The notes under the pieces are model-generated. The model did no database searches. It worked only from the letters and a program-made list of their open reading frames with translations, and was not told where the DNA came from. Both the position numbers and the translations under genes were made by a program. Below, one piece after another: positions 41,693 to 51,125 of a stretch of DNA of 64,000 bases. How positions within the stretch are numbered: the first letter of the stretch is position 1; the number at the start of each line of letters is the position of its first letter. The stretch comes from a virus: the IMG/VR virus record IMGVR_UViG_3300048691_000181, positions 42,964 to 106,963 of that record. One strand, 5' to 3'.

Positions 41693-42047
41693 TCTTAAGT
41701 ATTGAGTCTGGCGATATTTTAAAATAGAGTCCTGAACGGAAAGAATCGAGCATAGAAAGTGTTACCGAATCAGCAAAGAAGATATTTCTAAGAGCGTCCC
41801 AATGAGACGAGATAAATTCAGGGTCTTCTTGCCATGGTGTTCCGTTACAATATTGTCTTTCTTCTCGAAGTAAAACTTCGAGAATTTCTTCTCTAATTGC
41901 TCGCTCTTTTCTGAAGTGACCTATTTGTTCAGCCTGTCTTAAGGAATAAGCTTGAAGCTTTTCCTCTATGTATTTCATATAAGTCCATAATGACATTATG
42001 CACAATAATGAGATAAGAATAAATCCTCTCATGTTTACACATTTCAT
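41634..42047 (-). CDS. Protein with an N-terminal transmembrane helix
   Basis: GFILISLLCIMSLWTYM; TAATG-coupled to the endonuclease gene. Confidence 0.55.
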   Translation of the reverse strand: MKCVNMRGFILISLLCIMSLWTYMKYIEEKLQAYSLRQAEQIGHFRKERAIREEILEVLLREERQYCNGTPWQEDPEFISSHWDALRNIFFADSVTLSMLDSFRSGLYFKISPDSILKNEIETTFGNNSSTQKRISL

Positions 42048-42484
42048 TAGTCTTCCATTTTTAAACGTTTTTTAATATCCTCAACAGTAAGCAATGTATC
42101 CTTTTGAGAATGAGATACGTAAGCTAAACAGTAAGGATGATGTTCTTTCAACCAGAACTTGAATAGCTTCCATTTAATCATAAATTCTGGTGTAGCCATG
42201 CCTTTTGTCTCTATGACCCATTTCCAGTCAGGTGAGACAAAGTCTGGCGTATATGTCATGTCTCTACATGAACATGTTTGCTTGATGATTCCTTTCTTTA
42301 CGTCAAAAGAACAAAATTGAAATCTCGGATGAAGCATAACGCAATGCTCCTCGTAATCGAAAGGAATATTCTGGTCTTGAAGCAATTTAGAACAATAAGC
42401 CTCAAGACCAGAACGAAAGCCATTACCTGAAACGGCTTTATATTTATGTAAAGGGATGCGTTTCCCTTGTTTTCTTTTTATCAT
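42047..42484 (-). CDS. T7 endonuclease I-like Holliday junction resolvase
   Basis: FRSGLE...YE...YTPDF...IETKG. Confidence 0.85.
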   Translation of the reverse strand: MIKRKQGKRIPLHKYKAVSGNGFRSGLEAYCSKLLQDQNIPFDYEEHCVMLHPRFQFCSFDVKKGIIKQTCSCRDMTYTPDFVSPDWKWVIETKGMATPEFMIKWKLFKFWLKEHHPYCLAYVSHSQKDTLLTVEDIKKRLKMED

Positions 42485-42487
42485 CTC

Positions 42488-42823
42488 TTAATGTGCCGTA
42501 GTAGCACCTCTTATAATGAAATTCATAGCATCTACTACATCTTGCCTTATTTGAAGATGTAGTAGCTTTATATTTAAAGGATGAAGATTTGAATGGTTAC
42601 CTCTTAAATAACACCATTCAAATGCATTCCTCGTATTCCCAGTTCCCCTATCAAGGCTTATCCATTTCTTCTGAAAAAAGGATTCTGCTTTTCCGAATTC
42701 GTTTAGAATACAAATAATAACGCCTTCATGAAGGGAATCTAAAAACTCTATTTGTTGTTCAAGTGTATCAAACTTGAACTTTTCGAGATGCTTGAAGTTA
42801 TAATTAAACTTATGCCTTGTCAT
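42488..42823 (-). CDS. Hypothetical protein
   Basis: 111-aa ORF overlapping the primase stop. Confidence 0.5.
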   Translation of the reverse strand: MTRHKFNYNFKHLEKFKFDTLEQQIEFLDSLHEGVIICILNEFGKAESFFQKKWISLDRGTGNTRNAFEWCYLRGNHSNLHPLNIKLLHLQIRQDVVDAMNFIIRGATTAH

Positions 42824-44075
42824 TTTCGGCTAATTTAATACGAGCTTCCAGAATAGTCTTCATCATCTCCCAGTCTTCACCATAGTTCTGGATAGTTGCT
42901 ACAACAAAGTCATCGATATCCTTGAAGCCGATATTGTTATCGTCCATAAATACTTTATAAACATTCGTATAGCCTAAGCTTCTGAAGTGGCGCTCTTGAC
43001 TATTTGCTGCCTTTCTTCCTGCGGCATCGTTGTCCATCCAGATATAGATTGGATAAATTGGAATTATTCCAAACTCTATATCGATTTGGGTCATATATTC
43101 TTTAGACAATTTTGTTCCTTCACCGCACTTGCCTCCTATGATAAAGTCTTTAAGGAGTTTCTTAATAAGAAGTGCATCTTTAAATCCCTTTGTCACAATG
43201 AAGCCTTTCCACGGATAGCGTGGTAGAATACTTGATTCCGTACTCTGCATATCCTTTATCCATTTCTTCAGACTGTCTTTATCACAATTCTTGATTAAGA
43301 TATCTGGTGATGCTATGTTCTTAAACTTGTGAGCTTTGGACTCACTATATGGACGATAGACCTGCATAGGCTTGTCTTTATCGTGATAAAGGAACAAAGG
43401 TTGCTCTACCGTATCTAAGAAAACTGTCTTTTTATCGGTAAAGACCTTATTTAAGGCTTTAACGTGACGGTAAATATCTTCTGCGCCAAGTCCTCGTTTA
43501 GCCCAGAAGTCCATGTGATGCTGTTCAAAATCAAGCATTTCGTCAAACTGAAGAACTGGCTTTTCGAGTGACCAGTCTTCTTTCTTTTGCGCCTCTAATA
43601 AGGCGGCTTTCTTTGCCTCGTATTCGGCTGTTACAATTCCGTCTAACATCTTTTTCTCTTTCTTTTTTTGCTCCTTGAGCCTCTTTAATAAATCCTTACT
43701 ACTTATGTCACTTTCTTCTAAATATGGCTTAGAATCAATGAATAGCCCCTTCTCGTTCATCTTGCCCATGCAATTACCAAGATTGGCTAATATTTCTACA
43801 ACTTCTACGAAGTCTTTCCCTTGAGACACTTCGTAGGCTCGGAAGATGTCGTAGGTCTCTCCTGTTGCAAAATCATGGAATAGCCAGATTCTCGAATCTG
43901 CTTTATCTTTGAAGAAATTACAATCTGCGTGTTTGTCTAAACGAAAAGGGTTCTTAAAGCGTCTTGTAGGATGAAAAAAGCCAAGTGCGCTGTTAAACGC
44001 ACTTGGAATATCGACATGGTCGTAAATAATAGACTTAATCTCTTTCCAGTCGATTGCTTCTTTATTATGTATCAT
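42810..44075 (-). CDS. DNA primase (DnaG-like TOPRIM, crAss type)
   Basis: NPFRLDKHADC...FHDFATG; IVTKGFKD; WMDNDAAGRKAA; KDIDD. Confidence 0.85.
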   Translation of the reverse strand: MIHNKEAIDWKEIKSIIYDHVDIPSAFNSALGFFHPTRRFKNPFRLDKHADCNFFKDKADSRIWLFHDFATGETYDIFRAYEVSQGKDFVEVVEILANLGNCMGKMNEKGLFIDSKPYLEESDISSKDLLKRLKEQKKKEKKMLDGIVTAEYEAKKAALLEAQKKEDWSLEKPVLQFDEMLDFEQHHMDFWAKRGLGAEDIYRHVKALNKVFTDKKTVFLDTVEQPLFLYHDKDKPMQVYRPYSESKAHKFKNIASPDILIKNCDKDSLKKWIKDMQSTESSILPRYPWKGFIVTKGFKDALLIKKLLKDFIIGGKCGEGTKLSKEYMTQIDIEFGIIPIYPIYIWMDNDAAGRKAANSQERHFRSLGYTNVYKVFMDDNNIGFKDIDDFVVATIQNYGEDWEMMKTILEARIKLAENDKA

Positions 44076-44118
44076 TTCTATTTTTTTACGACCATTATGT
44101 TATGGAAGATGGTTTATT

Positions 44119-44802
44119 TTAGAACGGAAGTTCTCCGTCTTCTTCCGTTAAAGGAGCATCAACCCTATGTCCTTCTGGTTTAGAAGCTGAAGGAGCTAAG
44201 TCTGACTTAGAGCTTCCCGTGTAACCAGAAGTGTCGCGAGGCTTCATTCTTCTATGTAGATTTTTGTCAAGTTCCCATTGCGTGAACTTAATCTTAGATT
44301 CAACACCTTCTATGTGTTTCTCAATTTGAGGGCAAGTAGGTGTCCCTGCATTCTCGCTAAGTTTGGTCCATTCGTCTTTATTGTCCATAATCACCTTGAT
44401 ACTTACGAAGCGATTAGGCATTTTACGTTGCTTGTCTATATAGGAGAACATAGTCGAGATATTTTTCTCGTAGTCGGCAGTTAGATATTTGTCGATTTCT
44501 CCTTGTGTACCAATTGCATCACAAATCTCCATTAGCTTCAAGACTAACTTATCTTCAGCTTGTTTCTTAGTTAAGGTTACTTTTCCGTTCTGAACAAAGT
44601 CTTTCTTATTGATAAAGAGAGCTAAGTCAGCGTATTCGTCTGAAGTAGTAGACTCAAAGGTAAGCTTAAAGAAAGGAGTTTCAGGCTTAGTATCTACCTT
44701 TTCTGCTTTAGAAATAGTAAAGCGTGTGAAAATTCCTGGATTAGAGATTTTGATTTTCTCAATTTGTGAAGCACGTAGGCTTTCTGCGTATATATTAGAC
44801 AT
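44119..44802 (-). CDS. Single-stranded DNA-binding protein-like
   Basis: Beta-rich N-terminus and acidic tail EEDGELPF; lies between the ATPase and primase genes. Confidence 0.6.
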   Translation of the reverse strand: MSNIYAESLRASQIEKIKISNPGIFTRFTISKAEKVDTKPETPFFKLTFESTTSDEYADLALFINKKDFVQNGKVTLTKKQAEDKLVLKLMEICDAIGTQGEIDKYLTADYEKNISTMFSYIDKQRKMPNRFVSIKVIMDNKDEWTKLSENAGTPTCPQIEKHIEGVESKIKFTQWELDKNLHRRMKPRDTSGYTGSSKSDLAPSASKPEGHRVDAPLTEEDGELPF

Positions 44803-44883
44803 GTGTATATGTATGTTTTATCCCTATGTTGGGATTATTTTAATTTTCTATATATAGATAGTTAATGTGTTTATTTGTTTTAG

Positions 44884-44970
44884 TTAAAGAGTTCCAAATG
44901 GATGAAGTTCTAATTTATTCTTTAATTCGATTATAGATTCATCTGAAAATTTTCCAATTTTAACTCCCAT
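44884..44970 (-). CDS. 28-aa small ORF (MGVKIGKFSDESIIELKNKLELHPFGTL)
   Basis: ATG overlaps the ATPase stop (TAATG). Confidence 0.35.
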   Translation of the reverse strand: MGVKIGKFSDESIIELKNKLELHPFGTL

Positions 44971-45692
44971 TATGTAGTAGTTGAAGTTGTTTCAGGAATT
45001 TCTAAATCATATTTACGAATTAATCGAATCACTTCTCCTAAATCGTTTGACATAAACTTTGGAAGTACTCCATAAACAGACCTTGCTTCACAAAAACCTA
45101 AATTTTGCGTACGAAGATTAAATCGTTTTTCTTCTTCTGTTTCATCGATATCAAGAAACGTATATAGATTATAATTAGTAAATTTAGATAATCTACTTTT
45201 AGTTGCTTGTTTGCCAGGAAATAAAGTACGAAGATGCGTTTCTTTTAATCCTGTTTGAGTATTGACGCTATCATATTCCTCAGCATGGCATAGGAATATG
45301 ATAATTAAATTATCATCTCCTGCTCGTTCTTGCGAATTAGCAAAACTATATAAGTCGTAAGCGTCATCGGCTAAGTTTTTCCAAACGTCAAATCCTGGCT
45401 TTCTTCGTTCGTCTTGAAGATAATCAGTTAGTATTGTATTTAAAGTATCTAACACAATTATCTTTATGTGTGGGCGACTTTTGACAATTGCCGAAATATA
45501 ACTTTTTATTTTTCCTATATCACTTTCCCGTACGTAGTTTTTGTTTGTGGCATTATATTGCGAACGCCATCCAGAGTAGCTCATGCCTTTCTGGTCCGTA
45601 TCGATAATAAATGTTTCTTTCGGGTCTAATGTTTTTAATGAAAATGACTTACCTGTAGCTGGAAGTCCCGTGACTTGTAATAAAAGTGCCAT
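44970..45692 (-). CDS. AAA_24/Sak4-like P-loop ATPase
   Basis: GLPATGKS, IIDTD, IVLDT, IFLCH. Confidence 0.85.
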   Translation of the reverse strand: MALLLQVTGLPATGKSFSLKTLDPKETFIIDTDQKGMSYSGWRSQYNATNKNYVRESDIGKIKSYISAIVKSRPHIKIIVLDTLNTILTDYLQDERRKPGFDVWKNLADDAYDLYSFANSQERAGDDNLIIIFLCHAEEYDSVNTQTGLKETHLRTLFPGKQATKSRLSKFTNYNLYTFLDIDETEEEKRFNLRTQNLGFCEARSVYGVLPKFMSNDLGEVIRLIRKYDLEIPETTSTTT

Positions 45693-45730
45693 ATATGTTC
45701 ATGGTGTCTTGCCTATATATGTTATAGGTC

Positions 45731-46057
45731 TTATATTTTATTAACGTTCTTTGCGATTCAGCCAGCAACAGTTTCGTTATACAGCGAGAAATCTATAATT
45801 GCTCCTGCCGCATAACTATTCTTCTTTGGCTCAACCTTTTTACTTTCTTTTATCTCTTCTTTCTTAGGCTCTACTTTAGGAGTTGGTACAACTACTTTAA
45901 CTTCCACAGGAGCCTGTTTTGCTGCCTTCTCAGCCATTATTTGAAGGTTATAGCGCAATTCTACTATATTGTAGAAATATTGCATTAGAAACAAAATAAG
46001 AAAGATATAAGCAAGATTGTGAAAACTTGCTTTATATCCTTCAATAATCTCAATCAT
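45731..46057 (-). CDS. Membrane-anchored protein; TGA at 45758-45760 possibly read through to TAA at 45731
   Basis: TM segment LAYIFLILFLMQYFY. Readthrough gives ...NETVAG[W]IAKNVNKI. Confidence 0.55.
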
Positions 46058-46097
46058 CAAGGATGTAATTGAAACTGCTTTCTTGGGTTCTCTTATG

Positions 46098-46105
46098 CAA
46101 AGATA
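46098..46105 (-). promoter_or_regulatory. Bacteroidota-type -7 promoter box (TATCTTTG)
   Basis: caaagata on +; intergenic, ~40 nt upstream of the ATG at 46057, the same spacing as the other two boxes. Confidence 0.6.
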
Positions 46106-46174
46106 AGGATTTTCTCATTGAAAGTGGGTTGTTAGGTAATTTTCTTTCTAATTTCTTTCTTGCAAAGTGCTCTC

Positions 46175-47185
46175 TTAGATGAGCGTGTTTGTAGGCTGAT
46201 AAGCGTCTCTTATAGTAGAGTTCTTAAAATCAGCAATCATGTGAAGTACGGGACATTCGCCAAACCTATTCTTCAACAGGTGGAAGTATATCATAGGAAG
46301 ACCTGTTCTTAGGTCATATACAGGGTAGTTTAGGTCTCCGTACTCTTTGATTCCCCGTACTCTACTTGGATTCATACTAAACAGAACTATGTCCGAATTA
46401 GAAAAGATGGCAGACGAGCCAAATATGTCTGCTTCGGTCGGGTAGTGTAAGGCTTTATTTGACACCCTTGCTGAAGAGAAAATGTCTCTATTTGTTTGGC
46501 TTAAACAAAGAAAGATAATACTCAACCCCATATCTTCAAAATCCTTCTTCATGTCTACTAATTGCTGGTAGAGATTGTCTACAATACGCTTAGCGTCTTC
46601 ATCATTCTTTCCCTTCGTTAGAGTGATATAATCTATCGTGACAATGAGCTTTTTCTTTCTTCCTTCATCAGTAAGATTTCCTTCATTATCCCAAAGTTCA
46701 TCTAACTCACGGTCAATAACAAATTGACATATTTCTGTCTTTATTTGGGCTACAGATTGTGCTTTGTCTATGTTAAATACAGGTTTATCTCCAAGCGTCT
46801 TTATAGCTTCCTCGACAAGTGCTGCTTCCTCCTCAGTCATAACGTACCCTCTCGCAGATTGAAGACTCTTTAATCCAATGCCTGTCTTCTTTGATAGATG
46901 TCGTAGTATTTGCATACGCACAATCATATCGAACTCGAAAGATAAGCATTCGACCAAAGGGTCTTGTTCCATAATGAAGTACTTTATTTGCTCCATAATC
47001 GTAGATTTCCCTGAAGAAGGCGTACCTACAATAGTCATTAATGTCCACCACGGGATGCCGTCCAGTAACGCATCGTTAAGACCTCTGTACGGTGTTTCTG
47101 CTGAAGGAAGTAGCCCGTCTTTACGAGCAGTCATGTATTCTTTTGTTTTCCGTATATCTACGGATATGTGTTTATATGCACCCAC
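46175..47185 (-). CDS. dnaB: DnaB-like replicative helicase (C-terminal domain only)
   Basis: GTPSSGKS, FEFDM, TIDY, LSQTNR, S..I...SD, LKNRFG; GTG start. Confidence 0.88.
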   Translation of the reverse strand: MGAYKHISVDIRKTKEYMTARKDGLLPSAETPYRGLNDALLDGIPWWTLMTIVGTPSSGKSTIMEQIKYFIMEQDPLVECLSFEFDMIVRMQILRHLSKKTGIGLKSLQSARGYVMTEEEAALVEEAIKTLGDKPVFNIDKAQSVAQIKTEICQFVIDRELDELWDNEGNLTDEGRKKKLIVTIDYITLTKGKNDEDAKRIVDNLYQQLVDMKKDFEDMGLSIIFLCLSQTNRDIFSSARVSNKALHYPTEADIFGSSAIFSNSDIVLFSMNPSRVRGIKEYGDLNYPVYDLRTGLPMIYFHLLKNRFGECPVLHMIADFKNSTIRDAYQPTNTLI

Positions 47186-47223
47186 TTGCGTCTATGTATT
47201 ATTTATGGGATTATTTTACTTGG

Positions 47224-47448
47224 CTAAGAAATATAGCTTTCCATTTTTTCTATGGATATATAGATGTCTGCTACTTCTTTCTCAGCCAGTTCTTTGAGCT
47301 CTTTGAGAAAGAACTCAAAGAGCTCAAAGAACTCGATTAAGACATTTTTTTAAGATGTAGTCTTGAAAGATATATCTATAAAATGAGTATATCCATCATT
47401 CACCCAATGCCTATAATTCTTCTTCGTAAGTGTCGCCTCGTTCGACAC
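47224..47448 (-). pseudogene. Small acidic protein frame broken by one TAA
   Basis: VSNEATLTKKNYRHWVNDGYTHFIDISFKTTS*KNVLIEFFELFEFFLKELKELAEKEVADIYISIEKMESYIS; TAA at 47350-47352. Confidence 0.4.
47289..47332. repeat. 19-bp perfect inverted repeat with a 6-nt loop
   Basis: gttctttgagctctttgag-aaagaa-ctcaaagagctcaaagaac. Confidence 0.95.
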
Positions 47449-47608
47449 TTACTTCAATTATTTTCCAGTCAATGACGCCATCGTCATCTGCATCGTTGAG
47501 TGTATCTTTTTCATACTCAACGACTTCAGCAATTACCTTTTCTAATTCTTGTTTATCTTTACAAGAATATACCGCAGTCTTAGAGACTGTTACTTGTTTC
47601 CTAAACAT
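47411..47608 (-). CDS. Small acidic hypothetical protein
   Basis: 65 aa, in an overlapping chain of small ORFs. Confidence 0.55.
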   Translation of the reverse strand: MFRKQVTVSKTAVYSCKDKQELEKVIAEVVEYEKDTLNDADDDGVIDWKIIEVSVERGDTYEEEL

Positions 47609-47784
47609 TTTTTGATTCTTGTTTTTCTCTTAAAAATAATAGCACGACCAAATTCTTTTGATTGTTGCTTCTCGTCTAACTCTTTAGCGAGTTGACGCAT
47701 GGCTTCAATACATTCATCTACAATGAGCATAGATTCACCCTTTACTTCAAAGATGCTGGAGATTAATATTTTTTTTGATTGCAT
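47590..47784 (-). CDS. Small hypothetical protein
   Basis: 64 aa, TAATG-coupled. Confidence 0.55.
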   Translation of the reverse strand: MQSKKILISSIFEVKGESMLIVDECIEAMRQLAKELDEKQQSKEFGRAIIFKRKTRIKKCLGNK

Positions 47785-48050
47785 TATTCTTCCAGTTCTA
47801 TTTCTTCGACCTCTCCTTCGGTACAGGTCATTTGTCCTAACCAGAGATAAGGATGTTCTTTTTCGTAAATATCGACGATGCCATCAACTTGGCCTTCGAT
47901 TTCTTTCTCAAACTTCTCGATGATGTCTGGGTATTCTTGACCCTCAAATACCTCTTCGCTCAACTCTAACTCATAAGTTAGAGTTGCTTTAAATTTTCTT
48001 TTATACTTTAGCTCCATTTTAGATTGGTGGAGATAATCCCTTATCCCCAT
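47784..48050 (-). CDS. Small acidic hypothetical protein
   Basis: 88 aa, Glu-rich. Confidence 0.55.
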   Translation of the reverse strand: MGIRDYLHQSKMELKYKRKFKATLTYELELSEEVFEGQEYPDIIEKFEKEIEGQVDGIVDIYEKEHPYLWLGQMTCTEGEVEEIELEE

Positions 48051-49281
48051 TTAGCGAATAAAAGCACTTTTCGGCTTGAAGAAGTGCTGCTTGAAGGCAT
48101 GCTATCTGCCCTTCCCAATTAGTAGAGAATTCTTTAACATGGTTTTCATCGAACATAAATAAAGATTGTTCGATGAATGTATGTGAGAGAGACTTCTGGC
48201 AATTTTCTTTACCAAAACACTCTATATGTAATCTTCTATCTTTTATTATTTCTTCTGAAACAATAAAGATAGAGAAGGTTAAGCACTTTACTTCTCTCTC
48301 TGGTGGAGAATAGATAACGTAACCTATATTTGTATACCGCCATAACTGGAAATAGTATTCTCCAAATTCTTCACAAACGAAGTGGTCATTTACTTCTTCT
48401 GGTTTAGAATTTCTTATGTCTTTCTCGAGGTTCTTATAGTTCTCAGGGAAAGGAAGGTCACTGTGATACTCTGGCACTTCCTTGTCTTCCTTCTCACTAT
48501 CTCCCATACAGCAATTAGGACATTCTTCTCGAGGAAAAGAGTCTTTTATATATCCCGTTAGAGAAAGGTCGTAAGGAACCTCTTCTAAGCAGGAATCACA
48601 TGTCTTTATCTGATAGTAAGGCTGGTCTTCGTGACCATTTACCATTAGACAACTATCGCATGTATGAGCGCTAATAGTAGCCTTGTCTGTCCGATTGAGA
48701 TGCTCTTCAACAGTGACCATATAATCTTCACCACAGAGAGCACAATAGTCTATCTGAATCTGAAACATATCTTGCTTTAGATACTCGTCGTGCTCTTCAA
48801 ATCTGTCATCTATGTCTTCCATCTCCATTCGAGGATGATAGTCTTCTGACTCGAACTTGAGTTCACTAATGTCGTTCAAGCATTTATCGCAAACAAGCAC
48901 AGTTGCTTGAATAGCATCAAAGTTCTTTTGAGGAATCTGAAACGGGAATAAGAGCTTTCTCCCTGACATTTGATGTTGAAACAAAGCTGTTTCAGATTCC
49001 TCTGAGAATTCGATTCATTGGCGCATAGAGTCGGATAAAGGGTCGAATTTTATCCCTCTCTTATCGCATATATAGCACGTACAGCTCCGCTCAAATATAT
49101 CATCTTTACCAAAGCGGGGTAGCTCTCCATTGCGTACAAAAGAATAAACGTTCTTGTGTGCAATTTCTTCTAATCCTGCTTTTTCAAGATACTTTTTATA
49201 AGTTGAGCTGTACTTGTTTTTTATAAAGTTATTAGCGTCTGTATCCTTATTTTGGATAACGCTACAAATAGAACAACCCAC
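48019..49281 (-). CDS. Multi-zinc-finger protein (420 aa) joined across an in-frame TGA
   Basis: Track ORFs 49015-49281 and 48019-48984 are in the same frame, separated only by TGA 49015-49017 (DSMRQ*IEFSEESETALFQH). CxxC pairs occur in both halves. Confidence 0.7.
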
Positions 49282-49307
49282 ATGTTTAAGGTTCTTGTAC
49301 GTTTATT

Positions 49308-50486
49308 TTAGTTCTTGGGCAACTCGATACCCAATACGCTTGGGTCAGAACAGGTCGACCTGAAAATTTTATTAACCTGTTCGACGAGTCCTTTTCGCTC
49401 ACCTAAATTCGGATTCTTTTCAGCTTCGTCCAGCATCTTATTGGTTGAATTTAGCATCGTAATAAATGGCATACCACCCGTTGGTCCCATGGCTGTTTGC
49501 TTTTTCCTAATGACTTCTTCAAACTCATCGACTTGACTATCTGTGAGTTTAGCCGCATTCTTTAACAAGCGACGAATGATTTTATCTTCCTTCTCAGCCG
49601 CCTTTTTTTCTTCGGGCAATCGATTGTCGTCTGTTGGCGGTGTAACGGGCTTAGCTGGGTCGGCAGGTTTTGGATTCCCTTTTTCTTCCTCTTTTTTTGC
49701 TTTTCGGTCTGCCTTATCTTTGTCGATAAGGCTCTGATTCAGCTTGTCGATAATGGTAGATTCTCCCATAACCACGGCTAAAATAGCAATCATCACACCT
49801 TCTAATATAGAAGTGATAATGTGAACCTTGAACAAGAAGAACGAGTTGTTCATATTGAAGCCCAAGTAATTTGAAACTTCAACATTAGGGTCAAACCTTC
49901 CCCGATATGGAGCTGCTATTTCAGCAGGTGATTTCCAGAACATGAAAAATCTTTCAACCGCATAGTTAAACTCAGGTACCTGTTTAAAGCCCTTCGCAAT
50001 TAACGCACAGTTGCCCCATGCGATATAGAAAGTAGAAAAGACAAGGACGACTGACATGATTAGCAAGAGAAAGAATGCTGCTGGCTTAGCTGACCTGATG
50101 ACATCGCCTTTTTCGTTTCTTAAAGGACCAAAGAACTGAAGTCCTTGTACCGTCATCATCAGGAAAAACGGCGTTACACACGCACATAAAAATCCGACAA
50201 CAGAGATAACGTTGTGTTGCAAAAATCTTGCAATCATCGAGATAGGCTGTTCATCGGCAGGATGAACGAGCGTAGCAATATTTGCCTCCGTGATAAAGGA
50301 GGCAATATTCATAATAATAATGAGCATTAGAAAATTGCCCATGACGAAATGGGCAAAATAATGCTCCATTGTCGTTTTTTTTACTTTGGCTCGCCAAACG
50401 AGTCCTACCATGAATATGGCTAACATGATTACCGATGAATACATCAGTAAATCAGAAGTGAACTTGTCTCCGTCAACTGGGTGCAT
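49308..50486 (-). CDS. Polytopic membrane protein with a charged soluble C-terminus
   Basis: About five long hydrophobic segments, then a K/E/P-rich linker. Confidence 0.7.
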   Translation of the reverse strand: MHPVDGDKFTSDLLMYSSVIMLAIFMVGLVWRAKVKKTTMEHYFAHFVMGNFLMLIIIMNIASFITEANIATLVHPADEQPISMIARFLQHNVISVVGFLCACVTPFFLMMTVQGLQFFGPLRNEKGDVIRSAKPAAFFLLLIMSVVLVFSTFYIAWGNCALIAKGFKQVPEFNYAVERFFMFWKSPAEIAAPYRGRFDPNVEVSNYLGFNMNNSFFLFKVHIITSILEGVMIAILAVVMGESTIIDKLNQSLIDKDKADRKAKKEEEKGNPKPADPAKPVTPPTDDNRLPEEKKAAEKEDKIIRRLLKNAAKLTDSQVDEFEEVIRKKQTAMGPTGGMPFITMLNSTNKMLDEAEKNPNLGERKGLVEQVNKIFRSTCSDPSVLGIELPKN

Positions 50487-50522
50487 AAAACATTTTTTTT
50501 ATTCCGTTAAAGTATACTCTTC

Positions 50523-51125
50523 TTAACCAGCATAGTCTGGTCTATCCCAAGAAGACTCTAATTCGGTCATGCCGTCCTTAGAGTCTTCTTCTTTTATGTC
50601 AAACAAGGAATCCAAATAGCTATGCCATTGTTCCATGTTTTCTGTATGTCCTTTTATTCTACCAATTGTGTTTTGGACATTCTCAGTCTGAATAGTAGAA
50701 AGTTCATCTATCCGATGAAGGACGTATGGGCAGTCCTTCAACTTTTTACATATATGTTCACTATATCTCTTTTCCTGATAGCCTCCATCGCCAGCTAAGT
50801 CAAACTGAGCATCTTCTATGACCAGTTCGTCTTCGTTAGCGTATTGAAATAATGAAGACATGAAGCTCTTAAAAGGAATCCATTTTTCGCTATATTGTAC
50901 CAGTTCCATCTTCTCTTTAAGGAAAGTGGCATAAAAACAATGAGATGGATTTGAGTTATCGAGGTAAAGGAAGATAGAGTATTCTATCTTGTCAACCGTC
51001 AATGGCATCAACTCCTTTCTAAGAAAGTAATACCATTTAAAATACGTCTTTCCTAATGCCATTATCCTTGGTTTTACTACTTTAAATTCACATGCACATG
51101 AACTCCCGTTGCCCACGGAACCCAT
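50523..51125 (-). CDS. Hypothetical protein
   Basis: Real start probably the ATG near 51062 (MALGK). Confidence 0.55.
   Translation of the reverse strand: MGSVGNGSSCACEFKVVKPRIMALGKTYFKWYYFLRKELMPLTVDKIEYSIFLYLDNSNPSHCFYATFLKEKMELVQYSEKWIPFKSFMSSLFQYANEDELVIEDAQFDLAGDGGYQEKRYSEHICKKLKDCPYVLHRIDELSTIQTENVQNTIGRIKGHTENMEQWHSYLDSLFDIKEEDSKDGMTELESSWDRPDYAG

Noticed and set aside
47216-47407. Frame that is open if four TGAs are read as Trp (LGE*WIYSFYRY...)
   Set aside because: The TGAs arise from NNT-GAN junctions of the more protein-like neighbouring frame. Typical off-frame shadow, so not counted as recoding evidence.
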